Shown here: positions 1-13,589 of the stretch, piece by piece
Layout of the letters: the number at the start of each line of letters is the position of its first letter
Position numbering within the stretch: the stretch's first letter is position 1
Position numbers and translations under genes: made by a program
The notes under the pieces: model-generated
The model's database searches: none
What the model saw: the letters and a program-made list of their open reading frames with translations, nothing else
What the model was told of the DNA's origin: nothing
NCBI GenBank assembly: GCA_951406725.2
Contig: OX597826.1
Coordinates: 26,164,001-26,228,000, forward strand
From: Octopus vulgaris
Lineage: Eukaryota
DNA length: 64,000 nt
Reading direction: 5' to 3'

Positions 1-89
1 TTGTTTTTGTTTTAGCACACGATCTTTAATCAAGTCAATTGCTATGCATGAAGAAATCTGTAATTTAATTTTCATTTGTCAGAATTTTC

Positions 90-710
90 GTTGCTCGACC
101 GGTATGACAGACGAACTTTTTCCAGGACAGACAACAACTGAGAGACTAAATTTAACTGACAGAGTATTTAATATGAAACTTAGGGATCCCTTGCATGATA
201 TCTTGGAGAAGAATGTTTTGTGAGAGGTTGCAGGCGTACATTTGGACCATAGAGTTTCAAAAAGGTTGACTACCCCATTGTCATATGTTGTTCATATTAA
301 AAAATGATCCAGAAAATTATGATAAATTTGTTTATGCAGAACCTCCAAATCCACAAACTCAACCAATTCTGTTTCAACATGTCACCAAAAGCATGCTACA
401 TGATCAATGTAGAAGTGATGAACCCAATGCCACATGTATAGTTGATGGGAAGTCAACCATACATTTCCCTAAAAACTTTAAGGAAAATACATTACACAGT
501 TATATATAATGTATTTACATTACAGGCGCAGGAGTGGCTGTGTGGTAAGAAGCTTGCTTCCCAGCCGCATGGTTCCGGGTTCAGTCCTACTGCGTGCACC
601 TTGAGCAAGTGTGTTCTACTATTGCCTCGGGCCGACCAAAGCCTTGTGAGTGGATTTGGTAGACAGAAACTGAAAGAAGCCTGTCGTATATATATCTATA
701 TATCTATATG

Positions 711-770
<60 letters not shown>

Positions 771-1790
771 TGTTTTTTCTGCTTGTGTCTGTGTTTGTAC
801 CCCCACCATCGCTTGACACCCGAAACCGGTGTGTCTACGTCCCCGTCACTTAGCGGTTCGGCAAAAGAGACCGATAGAATAAGTACTAGGCTTACAAAGA
901 ATAAGTCCTGGGGTCGATTTTATTCGACTAAAGGTGGTGCTCCAGCATGGCCGCATTCAAATGACTGAAACAAATAAAAGAGTAAAAAGAGAATAAAGTC
1001 TAATTTTGAATTAGATAATCAATCAGTAGCTCCATATTCCCTCTTCTTTTTTTAGTCAAATATGGAGGTCATTGTAATGTAGTGATATGTACATCTGTAA
1101 AATCAGTTTAATATATTGGCAGATACATTCATAAAGGTCACGACCGGGTGACAGTCAATATGAGCGGACAAACCAATGCAAGACAAACATACAAAGATTA
1201 AAATTGAAGATTATGTTAATGGACGCAATGTACCTCATCAGAAGCAGTCTGGAGGATTTTATAGTTCAAATTAAAAGGTCCATATTCAGCAGTGAAACAG
1301 CTTACAGTTCATTTAGCCAAACAGCAATACATTTACTTTAATGGCGATGATATTATTGAACATGTTATCCACAAACATGACAGGCCCACTCTCACTGAAT
1401 AGAGACGAGTTAACCGGGAATCACCAGCTAACTCATTTGCATGTACATTACACTCTACTGATTTCCCTGAATTTTACACGTGGAATAATAGTGAGAAAAT
1501 ATGGCATCTCAGAAAAAATAATACACGCTCAATTGGGCGTGTCTACATTGTTTCACCAAAGGAACAAGAGCAATTCTATCTGAGAGCTTTACTATATCAT
1601 ATTCCCGGAGCTACATCATTTGAAGATAAGAGGGCTATTAATGGTGTAGTTTGACATAGTTACAAAGAGGCTGCATTGAAACTGAATGTAGCACGTGATG
1701 ATCGTGAATGCTATTGGATTATGGAAGTTACACATATTTTAGCTACACCATATTAAATGCGATGACTTTTCTGCTCCATTCTTAATTACT
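90..1790 (+). pseudogene. Decayed Helitron Rep-domain fragment, interrupted by a SINE at 525-990
   Basis: Frameshifted peptides typical of Helitron Rep are present: WTIEFQK..LPHCHMLFIL (HUH motif, about 243-300), DKFVYAEPPNP..LF.HVTKSMLH..C, GK..HFPK.F, HCNV.IC.SVKSV..L.RYIHKGHDR (about 1070-1146), EA.WRI, QL.VHL..QQY and FYLRALL.HIPGATSFED. Multiple stops. Confidence 0.8.
525..990 (+). mobile_element. tRNA-headed SINE family A with an internal (TA)n tract
   Basis: Pol III-like head (GTGGCTGTGTGG...GGTTCAGTCC), a conserved body and a TAAAAGAG tail. The same sequence recurs at 18405, 34433, 35836(-), 52495, 59144 and 62225(-). Confidence 0.8.
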
Positions 1791-1824
1791 GCATTCTATA
1801 TGTATACTTGTATGTATACTTGTA

Positions 1825-1942
<118 letters not shown>

Positions 1943-2001
1943 TGCACAAATATATGATACAATGTAAAATACGCTATCTTAAAGATAGCGTGTTCACACT
2001 A

Positions 2002-2040
<39 letters not shown>

Positions 2041-2269
2041 ATCCAAACGTGAAAACACAAAGAGAAAACACAACGACGCAAGGACGTGGAACAAGTATAG
2101 TATTATTGGACGACGCTCAGGAAAGGAAAGAAAGGAGGAGGATTTAACGCTTCGAGCGGAGCTCTTCGTCAGAAACATAGAAAAAAGAAAGATCCAAGGA
2201 ATGGAAAACGGAGGAAAAAATCGCCAACGTTACACACGCGGTCACATATTGAAATGTATATATATACAT

Positions 2270-2332
<63 letters not shown>

Positions 2333-2562
2333 GACAGGATTCTTTCGGTTTCCGTCTACGAAATCCACTCGCAAGGGTTTGGTCGGCCCAAGGATATAGC
2401 AGAAGACACACACAGCCACTCCTGCGTTTATATTTTATGTATCAGACCCAACCGCGTTTATTTCTTTATTCGGTCGCTCTCCATATTCGTTCATCTGGAT
2501 TCGTCTTATAGCCACTCTTTACTGTGTTGACGCACACACACACACACATATATATATATATG

Positions 2563-2600
<38 letters not shown>

Positions 2601-3325
2601 AAAACTTACTTGGAAAAGGGTGCGTGGCGTTCGATCATATAATAATATAAATAATATATAAATATATGCATTTTTACATACATATTTGTACATACCTACA
2701 TCTATATGTAAATATATGGGTACAGGACATTAAAAAAAATGTTGAACACAATGAGAAACGAAAACATAAAAACAAAAACGTGGAAACGAACTTTTTTTCA
2801 ACAACGAAAAAACAGAGTACAAGACATACAACACAATTTTATTCAACAACAACATTAACAACATTTAGCAAAAACATCTTTAAATGATTATTCCGACCGG
2901 TTGCCATGCAAATGGGAAGCAGTAATTGAAGTAGATGGTGAATATGCTCCGGAATAATCATTTAAAGATGTTTTTGTTACATGTTATTGTATTTGTTGAA
3001 TAAAATTTATTGAAACAAAAAGCCGTAATAAGTATGCACCAACCTAATATATACAAGAGTGGGGTGTACTGGGATTTGAGTAAAACAAAATGCAGGTGGA
3101 TCAGTATTCCCCTTTCAAATTCACACTCTTATCACAGTAGTCCTTCAGTTTTCCTATGCTTCCGACCAAACCTTTCACGGTACCATTAAAGCTAGAAACT
3201 TTTCAGCAAAAGCCCTCGTATAAACGTATTCATGCTTGTGTGTTTGTGTATGTGCACGCATGTATGTGTATGTATGTGTGTGTATGTGTGTGTATGAGTG
3301 TGCATATATATATATATATATATAT

Positions 3326-3377
<52 letters not shown>

Positions 3378-3816
3378 GTGTGTGCCCGTGTGTGTAAATG
3401 TTAGCGTATTTCAACCATAATAATTGATCTACACTTAAAGCACTTTACATTTCGAATTTCTTATAATTTTATAGTCTCTGGCTAATTGTCAATTAAGAGG
3501 TCTATTAAACTTGAGGCTTCAAAAAACAATGGTTTTGTTGTTACAAACGTGATTGTTTACAGATAACTAGTATTTGTGCAAAAATAGCATGAAATAATGC
3601 GTGAAAATAAACAACAAGTAAAGTGATTCCTAACAAACTTTTAGACAAATGACTTTTTTGTTCTAAGCGGTTGAAGTGTGTTTTAATGATGCAATTGCTT
3701 AAGTAGTTTCCCATATCAGCCAACTTAAAATAAGCGTTCATCCTGCTCCTGGTATCTTGTATTTGTTTTCAATATCTTATCATTAATCTAAACTGTACTC
3801 GTATCACATTAAACGC

Positions 3817-3824
3817 TATAAATA
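3817..3824 (+). promoter_or_regulatory. TATA box of gene 1
   Basis: TATAAATA lies 110 nt upstream of ATG 3927. The string TATAAATATGGAAC is identical upstream of gene 3 (60903). Confidence 0.65.
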
Positions 3825-3926
3825 TGGAACCGATCGTATTCTTGTTACACATTCGTCTATCATCTGTAACTGTCAAACTTCTGTCTCACTAGCGAGCGAT
3901 TCTGTGTCGAATTTTGAGAAGACGAA

Positions 3927-4029
3927 ATGAAAAGCGCAATGATTGTGATTAACGTAATCTTCTACTTCGCTGTAATGGTATGTCTGGCAAATGGTGCTGC
4001 CATAAAGTTGGAACCAAAGATAAGTAAAG
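3927..4029 (+). CDS. Gene 1 exon 1: signal peptide of a secreted Cys-rich protein
   Basis: Encodes [34 protein letters not shown] plus 1 nt. It is 103 nt like gene 2 exon 1 and colinear with it. The donor AG|GCAAGT lies at the position of the GT donors in the paralogs. Confidence 0.8.
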
Positions 4030-4084
4030 GCAAGTGGTAATCTATTTCTATACAGTATATCCATCCATCCGTACACACACACAC

Positions 4085-4092
4085 ATATGTAT

Positions 4093-4167
<75 letters not shown>

Positions 4168-4185
4168 CATATATATATGTATATG

Positions 4186-4237
<52 letters not shown>

Positions 4238-4310
4238 CATACATACATATACATATGTATATACTTATATATGTACATATATATATATATACATATATAT
4301 ACATATACGT

Positions 4311-4344
<34 letters not shown>

Positions 4345-4370
4345 ATATACATATACATATATATATATTT
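4085..4370. repeat. Compound (TA)n/(TACA)n microsatellite, representative of dozens in the window
   Basis: Seen directly. Similar tracts occur at 1828-1936, 15918-16015 (TATC), 28140-28350, 50638-50802, 53283-53385 (TATC), 58438-58560 and 60263-60330 (ATT). Confidence 0.95.
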
Positions 4371-4630
4371 GTATGTGTAATTGATAATTGTTCCAAATTA
4401 ATTAATTTCACCCTTCATTGTTACTCATAAACCATATTCATCCCAGTAAATGACCACAGCACTTTGTCTTGGCTACACGCGGGTGGGAAGGGACTGGTGA
4501 CACAAGCTTTCATTCATACTTTGAATTTGGTGATACTAGCTGTGGCTTCTAGCTCGCTCTGATACTGAGTTGAGTTGGTGCCTTCTAGTATCTCAAAATT
4601 CAATATTCAATCATTCATGATTGTTAGTAT

Positions 4631-4722
4631 CCTGCGCTGATGAAAGAAGAAGTCTGGGTAAAGTAGAGTTATCTAATTCTTATGCTTTCCTAAGACTTGA
4701 TCTCGAAACGTACGTCCGTAGG
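4631..4722 (+). ncRNA. Type I hammerhead ribozyme motif with long stem II
   Basis: Stem I CCTGCG/CGTAGG, core CTGATGA (4637), stem II A-AGA...TCT-C with an AGTCT/AGACT extension, GAAA, palindromic stem III ACGTACGT and triplet GTC (cut after 4716). Confidence 0.7.
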
Positions 4723-4913
4723 TGACTTAAAACTGTATGATAGATTGCCGTTAATTCATTCTCTTTTACCTGTTTGTGTTTGCCTTTCAAATGCTGTGCC
4801 TTTACTGTGATCTCCTTTTAGTAGAAGAAATAGCTATAATCTCTTTGACTGCTATTTCTAAATTCGGTGTGTGGTAAGGCAATTCGTTGCTAAACCCTTA
4901 ATTGCTTAGTATT

Positions 4914-4974
<61 letters not shown>

Positions 4975-4975
<1 letters not shown>

Positions 4976-5200
4976 TATACATATCCACATATATATACTT
5001 TCTTCAACAAAATATTTAAAAGGAACATCTTTATATGACAGTCCGACTGTTTGCCAAGCAAATGCGAAGCAATGATTGAAGTAAATGGTGAATATGCTCC
5101 GGAATAGCCATTTAAAGATGTTTTTGTTACATGTTGTTAGTGTTTTTGTTGAATAACATTTGTTGACAAAACGCTGCAATAATTATGCATCAACCCAATA
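4975..5200 (+). mobile_element. Mariner 3'-end fragment (related copy at about 2880-3050)
   Basis: Both copies end ..GAATATGCTCCGGAATA..TATGCA(T/C)CAACC(C/T)AATA and encode a WEAVIEVDGEY-like transposase C-terminus. Confidence 0.55.
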
Positions 5201-5220
5201 TATATGTATATATATATATA

Positions 5221-5490
5221 TATTGACAAGGGGGGGGGCAAATACCCTGAAACGCGTCTGTAGCTGTCTGACTAGCAGTGTGAAGCGGCTGACCTCCCTT
5301 GTTCGAAGGTTCTAATGGACACAGTTTGTGTGTCATATAGCTATCATAAGGCGATGGCCTCATGGAGCTAATCAGCGACAGCTTTTAGTCTTATATCTAT
5401 AAGATTGCCATATTAATGTGGCGATAACAATTAATTTCCAGTAACGCTGTCGTAATCTCTTTTAGAGAGACTTAGTAATTTTAATATTTC

Positions 5491-5495
<5 letters not shown>
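5221..5495 (+). mobile_element. 5'-truncated relative of the 363-nt HHR repeat family
   Basis: TTGACAA-GGGG..CCCT-GAAA-CGCG-TC-TGTAGC is followed by sequence that aligns to the reverse complement of 36732-37000. Flanked by (TA)n. Confidence 0.7.
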
Positions 5496-5561
<66 letters not shown>

Positions 5562-5588
5562 TGTATGTATAAAGATATGTATGTATAG

Positions 5589-5622
<34 letters not shown>

Positions 5623-5680
5623 GCATGATATATCGCCGTACTTGAATAGTTAATTCTCTTTTTTTATATTAAATTTACAG

Positions 5681-5893
5681 GTGATAGTACTTATGAAAGA
5701 GTTCTTGTAGAGAAACTGATGGAAAAGATTCAGTTTGATCGAATGCTCGAGAATAATGATATCGAACCTCAGAATGAAATACTGGTCACTGAACTTGCTG
5801 AAAATCGTGATTTGCAAAATCTTGAACATATGAGATGTTCTTGGAATCAGAATATAGGGGAATGCTGTGTTGGGCTGTTTAGACTCCCTCGAT
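5681..5893 (+). CDS. Gene 1 exon 2: acidic pro-region and start of Cys core
   Basis: Acceptor TTTACAG|, donor |GTAAGT, phase 1-1. Encodes (G)DSTYERVLVEKLMEKIQFDRMLENNDIEPQNE...RCSWNQNIGECCVGLFRLPR, homologous to 29701-29919. Confidence 0.85.
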
Positions 5894-6438
5894 GTAAGTA
5901 TTGTTTGTTTATTTGCCCTTCTTTCAATTTATTTGAAATATATAAATTCAGTGTGTGGAAAAGATCGTCAGTTTTAACGATAAGTTATAACTGTTTGGTA
6001 ATGTAAAACTCAAAAGACAGAATGACTAAAATCTCACGGTAAATTGCCAGTGTTGATACAGCGACGGATGTAAAGCCTCGTGATATTTGTTTTCCAACTC
6101 TGAGTTCTGAGTTCAAATCGCACCCAAGATCAAATTTGCCTTTCGACCTTTCGTGGTTGACCAATCCACGGCGGTCTATTGATGGAACAGAAAATATATC
6201 ACAGCAGATACCTAATGTTATATGTTCCATACCTTTGCGTTCTGAGTTCAACTCCGGCCATGGCCTAATTGTAGCCTACGTAATTAATAGAGGAGTCAAA
6301 CGTGAGCTACTTCAACTTTCATGCGCAGATAGTGCAATAAGATGGGCTGTACGGCAAAGCGTGAAGTGATCTGCCAATTTTCAGTTTCAGATTCAAGTAG
6401 CTAACGTTAATTTCTGTAATCAACAAATATATATATAT

Positions 6439-6503
<65 letters not shown>

Positions 6504-6635
6504 TGTCTATCTGTCTCACTCTCTCACTGTCTCTCTCGCTCACTGTCTTTATATATACATATATATTTTTTAATATATAAAACAGTGTTTGGGTGTGTGC
6601 GTGCGTGCGTGCGTACGTGTTTGTGTGTGTGTGCG

Positions 6636-6673
<38 letters not shown>

Positions 6674-7340
6674 CGTATGTTTCTTATGGATTGGAAGAGA
6701 GTTGCTGATTTTGAAGTATAAGGTAGCAAAAGATTCAGTAATCTTTCAGCTACCAAACATAGTATATTTTTTGCTCAACACTTTTTTACTACAAAAGTAG
6801 CCTTGAAAATATGGTCGGGTCCCACTATTTTAAGGTCTTTAGCTAAGGGAGGCTGAACAATATTTATGTATTAGACAAACCATAATGAGAAAATGCTTAG
6901 AATACAAGTTTAAAATACATGTTTAAAAAGTTTTACCAGGGAATGAAACTTCAAAGATATAGTGTCAACTTTAATAGTATTATTTAGTAGATAATATTTT
7001 AATGTGAAGTATGTTTGTCGGTTTTTTGTTTTGCCTAGAGTTGCCTCTGATGTAGCAGACCCATCACATAGTTATTTTTTTCTTCCTGAAATACTGTAAA
7101 TTTGTGTCCTTCTTTCGATGAAAGGGTGTGTTTAAAGAGTGATTTGGGTGCAATTTGTGGTAGTTGAAGTCACCATAAACACGCCTCTGTGTGTGTGTGT
7201 GTATTTTCTTGTGGTGCAAAAAAAAAAACATTTTCTCAAAATACTTTGCAAAGTAATTTTATGAGAAATCGGGACATCTTTCTTACTACTAACCATTCAA
7301 CTTCAAGTTACAATTGTTAATTGTTGGATGTCAAGTAGAG

Positions 7341-7565
7341 TGAGATGGCAGAAACGTTAGCACGCCGGGCGAAATGCTTAGCGGTATTTCGTCTGTCGTT
7401 ACGTTCTGAGTTCAAATTCCGCCGAGATCAACTTTGCCCTTCATCCCTTCGGGGGCGATAAATAAAGTATCAGTTTCGCACTGGGGGCGATATAATCGAC
7501 TCAATCCCTTCGTCTGTCCTTGTTTGTTCCCTCTATGTTTTGCTCCTTGTGGGCAGTAAAGAAAT
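7341..7565 (+). mobile_element. SINE family B
   Basis: TGGCAGAAACGTTAGCACGCCGGGCG...GAGTTCAAATTCCGCCGAG...GTGGGCAGTAAAGAAAT. Recurs at 9736, 12983(-), 20127(-), 51850(-), 59333(-) and 61400(-). Confidence 0.8.
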
Positions 7566-7574
7566 ATATATACA

Positions 7575-8863
<1,289 letters not shown>

Positions 8864-8864
8864 A

Positions 8865-9420
8865 TAATGGTTTGTTGCCAACTTAATGAAGCAGTCCCAG
8901 GAAACGGACGAATGTTACTGTTATTTAGTCCCATGAAACGGCGTTTCTAATTGGCTACGTGACGCAAGCGTTATGTGTCCTTAAGTTTTCAAACAGAAGA
9001 GATAAGCTCCTCCACCCAGCAAAGCCAGCATCCAGATACTAGTTTCAGAGCTTTGCACTTCGCCAGTCTGGAGAAGCTTGGCCTTGCTAGCTGACAATCT
9101 GCTGTTGAATTCTTATACTATTACAAGTGAATTACATTCGCTGATCTACATAAATAGAAATGTTACACTTCTAAATCTTTCACAGAGTGTTATGCTGCAA
9201 CAACTCGATAAAGTGATGGCATGTTGGCAACTTAATGTAACAGTCCCAGGAAAGGGAAGAATGCTACTGTTGTTTAGCCTCAAGAAACGCCGTTTATAGT
9301 TCGCTAAGCGGCACAAACGTTCTGTGTCCTTATGTTTTCAAAGAGGGGAGATAAGCAACTCCACCCAGCATAGCCAGCATCCAGCGAGTAGTTTCAGGGT
9401 TATTGCACTTCATCAGACTG

Positions 9421-9425
<5 letters not shown>
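8865..9425 (-). mobile_element. Diverged tandem repeat (about 350-nt period, 1.6 copies) with two decayed HHR motifs
   Basis: 8865-9075 aligns with 9215-9425. Minus-strand motifs are 9031-9072 (TCCAGA CTGGCGA AGTGCaaaGCTCT GAAA CTAG TA TCTGGA) and 9380-9422 (TCCAGT CTGATGA..GAAA CTAC TC GCTGGA). Confidence 0.65.
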
Positions 9426-9464
<39 letters not shown>

Positions 9465-9570
9465 ACACACACATGCTTGTGGGTTTTCTCTATCATAATA
9501 TTGACTTTACTCACTAAACAGATCGAATGTTGTTCTTCTTGTTGAAGCCATATAACATAATGATATACAT

Positions 9571-9659
<89 letters not shown>

Positions 9660-9735
9660 TACAGAGAGGGAAGGAGTGTGTATGTGTGTGTGAGAGAGAG
9701 AGAGAGAGACAAAGAGAGACAAAGAGAGAGAGAGT

Positions 9736-9960
9736 CGGCGAGCTGGAAGAATGGTTAGCACGCCGTGCGAAACGCTTAGCGGTATTTCGTCTGCCGTTAC
9801 GTTCTGAGTTCAAATTCCGCCGAGGTCGACTTTGCCTTTCATCTGTTCGGGGTCGATAAATTAAGTACCTGTTACGCATTGGGGTCGATGTAATCGACTT
9901 AATCCGTTTGTCTGTCCTTGTTTGTCCCTTCTGTGTTTAGCCTCTTGAGGGCAATAAAGT
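9736..9960 (+). mobile_element. SINE family B
   Basis: Full-length match to the other family B copies. Confidence 0.8.
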
Positions 9961-10008
9961 AATCAGAAAGAGAGAGACAGATAGATAGATCGATATATAG
10001 ATAGATAA

Positions 10009-10049
<41 letters not shown>

Positions 10050-10090
10050 GAGATAGATAGAGAGAGAGATAAATAGACAGATAGATAGAT

Positions 10091-10185
<95 letters not shown>

Positions 10186-10191
10186 CAGAGT

Positions 10192-10523
10192 GAAGGCGCG
10201 TGGCTCAGTGGTTAGAGCATCGAGCTTACGATCGTGAGGTTGTGAGCTCGAATCCCGGAACGGGCGGCGTGTTGTGTTCTTGAGCAAGACACTTTATTTC
10301 ACGTTGCTCCAGTTCACTCAGCTGTAGAAATGAGTTGCGACGTCACAGGTGCCAAGCTGTATCGGCCCTTGCCTTTCCCTTGGAGAACACTGGTGGCGTG
10401 GAGAGAGGAGGCCGGTATGCATGGGCGACTGCTGGTCTTCCATAAAACAACCTTGCCCAGACTTGTGCCTCAGAGGGTAACTCTCTAGGTGCAAACCCAT
10501 GGTCATTGTCTGACCGAAGGGGG

Positions 10524-10526
<3 letters not shown>
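10192..10526 (+). mobile_element. tRNA-headed SINE family C
   Basis: A-box GTGGCTCAGTGG, B-box-like GCTCGAATCC and central TTGAGCAAGACACTTTATTTCAC..GCTCCAG. Related heads or cores occur at 13219(-), 16017, 20910(-), 26697, 28358, 30487, 32858(-), 39850 and 44850. Confidence 0.75.
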
Positions 10527-10559
<33 letters not shown>

Positions 10560-10560
<1 letters not shown>

Positions 10561-12376
10561 TATAAGAAAAAGGGACAGGCAAAACAGGTTGCTTGACCGC
10601 ATTCAAACGTCTATGTAGATTTAGCCTTTGCTCACTCTCTTCAAATATTTTGATGTCGCATGGTCAGAAGGTTTGAGGTACGTAGCATTTGATAAATCTA
10701 TGATAAATCTTTTTCAAAGGAAAGCTGTGCTGAAGAAGGATGTGAAATATACATGCAATATATATGAAATATATTTCAAAAATATATGGAATATATATTC
10801 AATATGTTTATAATCCAGAAACATGATGTTCACAGATAACCGCCAGACTTCGTATTCGTTATCTATTCCTTCTGTTTTGCATATGTGAATTACAGGGTCT
10901 GTCATGCCCGGAGTCCAACTTTGATAGAAATAAGCATTCTTGACTGCTATTTCTATTTTTTCGGTATGCGGTCAAGCAACCTGTTTTGCCTGTCCCTTTT
11001 TCTTATATACAATATATATACCGAACTTTACAGAAGTTCCTGCCGGTAATCGGCTATATTTACATACCGAATTCTACCAGTAAATAATTGGGGTTTTTTA
11101 AAAGCCTTTATAGAAATTATTTACTCTTATCTTTATATTACTATTTGGATTTTTCACTCCCTTTGACAACCTATTTTTGTAATGCGCATGGCAGAATTTT
11201 TGGAGGGAAGATTTATGAATTCAAACGTCTATGTAGATTTAGCCTTTGCTCACTCTCTTCAAATATTTTGATGTCGCATGGTTAGAAGGTTTGAGGTACG
11301 TAGCATTTGATAAATCTATGATAAATCTTTTTCAATGGAAAGCTGTGCTGAAGAAGGATGTGAAATATATATGCAATATATATGAAATATATTTCAAAAA
11401 TATATGGAATATATATTCAATATGTTTATAATCCAGAAACATGATGTTCACAGATAACCGCCAGACTTCGTATTCGTTATCTATTCCTTCTGTTTTGCAT
11501 ATGTGAATTACAGGGTCTGTCATGCCCGGAGTCCAACTTTGATAGAAATAAGCATTCTTGACTGCTATTTCTATTTTTTCGGTATGCGGTCAAGCAACCT
11601 GTTTTGCCTGTCCCTTTTTCTTATATACAATATATATACTGAACTTTACAGAAGTTCCTGCCGGTAATCGGCTATATTCACATACCGAATTCTACCAGTA
11701 AATAATTGGGTTTTTTTTAAAAGCCTTTATAGAAATTATTTACTCTTATCTTTATATTACTATTTGGATTTTTCACTCCCTTTGACAACCTATTTTTGTA
11801 ATGCGCATGGCAGAATTTTTGGAGGGAAGATTTATGAATTCAAACGTCTATGTAGATTTAGCCTTTGCTCACTCTCTTCAAATATTTTGATGTCGCATGG
11901 TCAGAAGGTTTGAGGTACGTAGCATTTGATAAATCTATGATAAATCTTTTTCAATGGAAAGCTGTGCTGAAGAAGGATGTGAAATATATATGCAATATAT
12001 ATGAAATATATTTCAAAAATATATGGAATATATATTCAATATGTTTATAATCCAGAAACATGATGTTCACAGATAACCGCCAGACTTCGTATTCGTTATC
12101 TATTCCTTCTGTTTTGCATATGTGAATTACAGGGTCTGTCATGCCCGGAGTCCAACTTTGATAGAAATAAGCATTCTTGACTGCTATTTCTATTTTTTCG
12201 GTATGCGGTCAAGCAACCTGTTTTGCCTGTCCCTTTTTCTTATATACAATATATATACTGAACTTTACAGAAGTTCCTGCCGGTAATCGGCTATATTTAC
12301 ATACCGAATTCTACCAGTAAATAATTGGGGTTTTTTTAAAAGCCTTTATAGAAATTATTTACTCTTATCTTTATAT
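10560..12376 (+). repeat. 618/619-bp tandem array (about 2.9 copies) with one HHR motif per unit and an inverted 5' segment
   Basis: Near-identical units start at 10601, 11219 and 11838. 10560-10600 is the reverse complement of 10967-11006. Both flanks are (TA)n. Confidence 0.95.
10725..10835 (+). ncRNA. Type I hammerhead motif (also at 11343-11453 and 11962-12072)
   Basis: Stem I CTGTG/CACAG, core CTGAAGA, stem II A-GGAT...ATCC-A closing an approximately 70-nt AT-rich hairpin, GAAA, stem III ACAT-G-ATGT, triplet GTT (cuts after 10830, 11448, 12067). Confidence 0.65.
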
Positions 12377-12982
12377 ATATATAGATAGATAGATAGATAG
12401 ATAGAAAACGGTCATAAATCAAATAATGTCAGTTTGAACAAAATACTTTCCACCGATATTTTAGTGAGGCAGTTCAGAGCTGGAGCAATCTGAAGATAGA
12501 GGTTTGCTAAAGTTGTTATTATCAGTTCCATTGTAAACGCTGAAAGAGAAAATAAGCTTCTGCGTGCTATTAAGAAAATATTATTTTTATTTTATCTTTT
12601 AGTTTTTGTGTTGTAAAGTGGGGTAACTCTGGTAAGTAATCAGTAAGTTACCTCCCTTGATATTTTAGTTTTCATTATACCGACCATATGCCGTAAAGCT
12701 ACGAAAGCGTCATTGAAACGAAAGTGCGAAGGAAAACTAGACTGGTAAAAAGAAAGAAACAGACAGGTAGAAAGGGAAAGAGTAATAAATTATCGGAACA
12801 ATTATCAGAATGCGATCAAGAGTAATAATAACAATAGCAGCAACAACTATAATAACAATAGTTTCAAATTTTGCCACAAGGGCAGCATTATGAGTGAGGG
12901 GATGAGTGGATTACATCGATTCCAGTATTTCACTAGTACTCAATTTATCGATCCTGAACGCTGCAGCAGAGGAAAAACCAAT

Positions 12983-13560
12983 TTCTTTACTACCCACAGG
13001 GGGCTAAACACAGAAGGGACAAACAAGCACAGACAAGCGGATTAAGCCGATTAAATCGACTCCAGTGCGTAACTGGTACTTATTTAATCGACTCCGAAAG
13101 GATGAAAGGCAAAGTCGACCTCGACGGAATTTGAACTCAGAACGTACCGGCAGATGAAATACGGCTACGCATTTCGCCCGGCGTGCTAACGGTTCTGCCA
13201 GCTCGCCGCCTTTGCCAGTTTGCCGCCTAAAGAAAGAAGCACTCCGTCGGTTACGGCGACGAGGGTCCCAGTTGATACGATCAACGGAACAACTTGCTCG
13301 TGAACTTAACGTGCAAGTGGCTGAGTACTCCACAGACACGTGTATCCTTAACGTATTTCTGGTGTTGATTCAGCATGACACACAGTGTGACAAGGCCGGC
13401 CTTTTGAAATACAGGTACGATTCATTTTTGCCAGCTGAGTGGACTGAAGCAACGTGAAATAAAGTGTCTTGCTCAAGGATACAATGCGTCGCCGGGAATT
13501 GAACTCACGACCTAACAATCGCAAACCGAATGTCCTAACCACTAAGTCACGCGCCTTCAC
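12983..13560 (-). mobile_element. Adjacent SINEs: family B (12983-13211) and family C (13219-13560)
   Basis: Reverse complements of the family B and C consensus sequences. Confidence 0.75.
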
Positions 13561-13589
13561 TCGCCGCCGAAACGACAACAATAACAATG

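Noticed and set aside
3873-4430. ORFs rich in YI/IY, HT, CV or RE repeats here and throughout the track
   Set aside because: They are translations of (TA)n, (CA)n and (GA)n microsatellites, with no coding signal.
10192-10265. tRNA-like sequences (also at 28358, 30487, 21130-21205 and 33090-33163)
   Set aside because: They have A/B boxes but no complete cloverleaf, and each continues into a repeated SINE body. They are SINE heads, not tRNA genes.
10628-12142. Repeated 61-63 aa ORFs in the 618-bp array
   Set aside because: They are short, partly TTG-started and without recognisable motifs. Their repetition only reflects the array.
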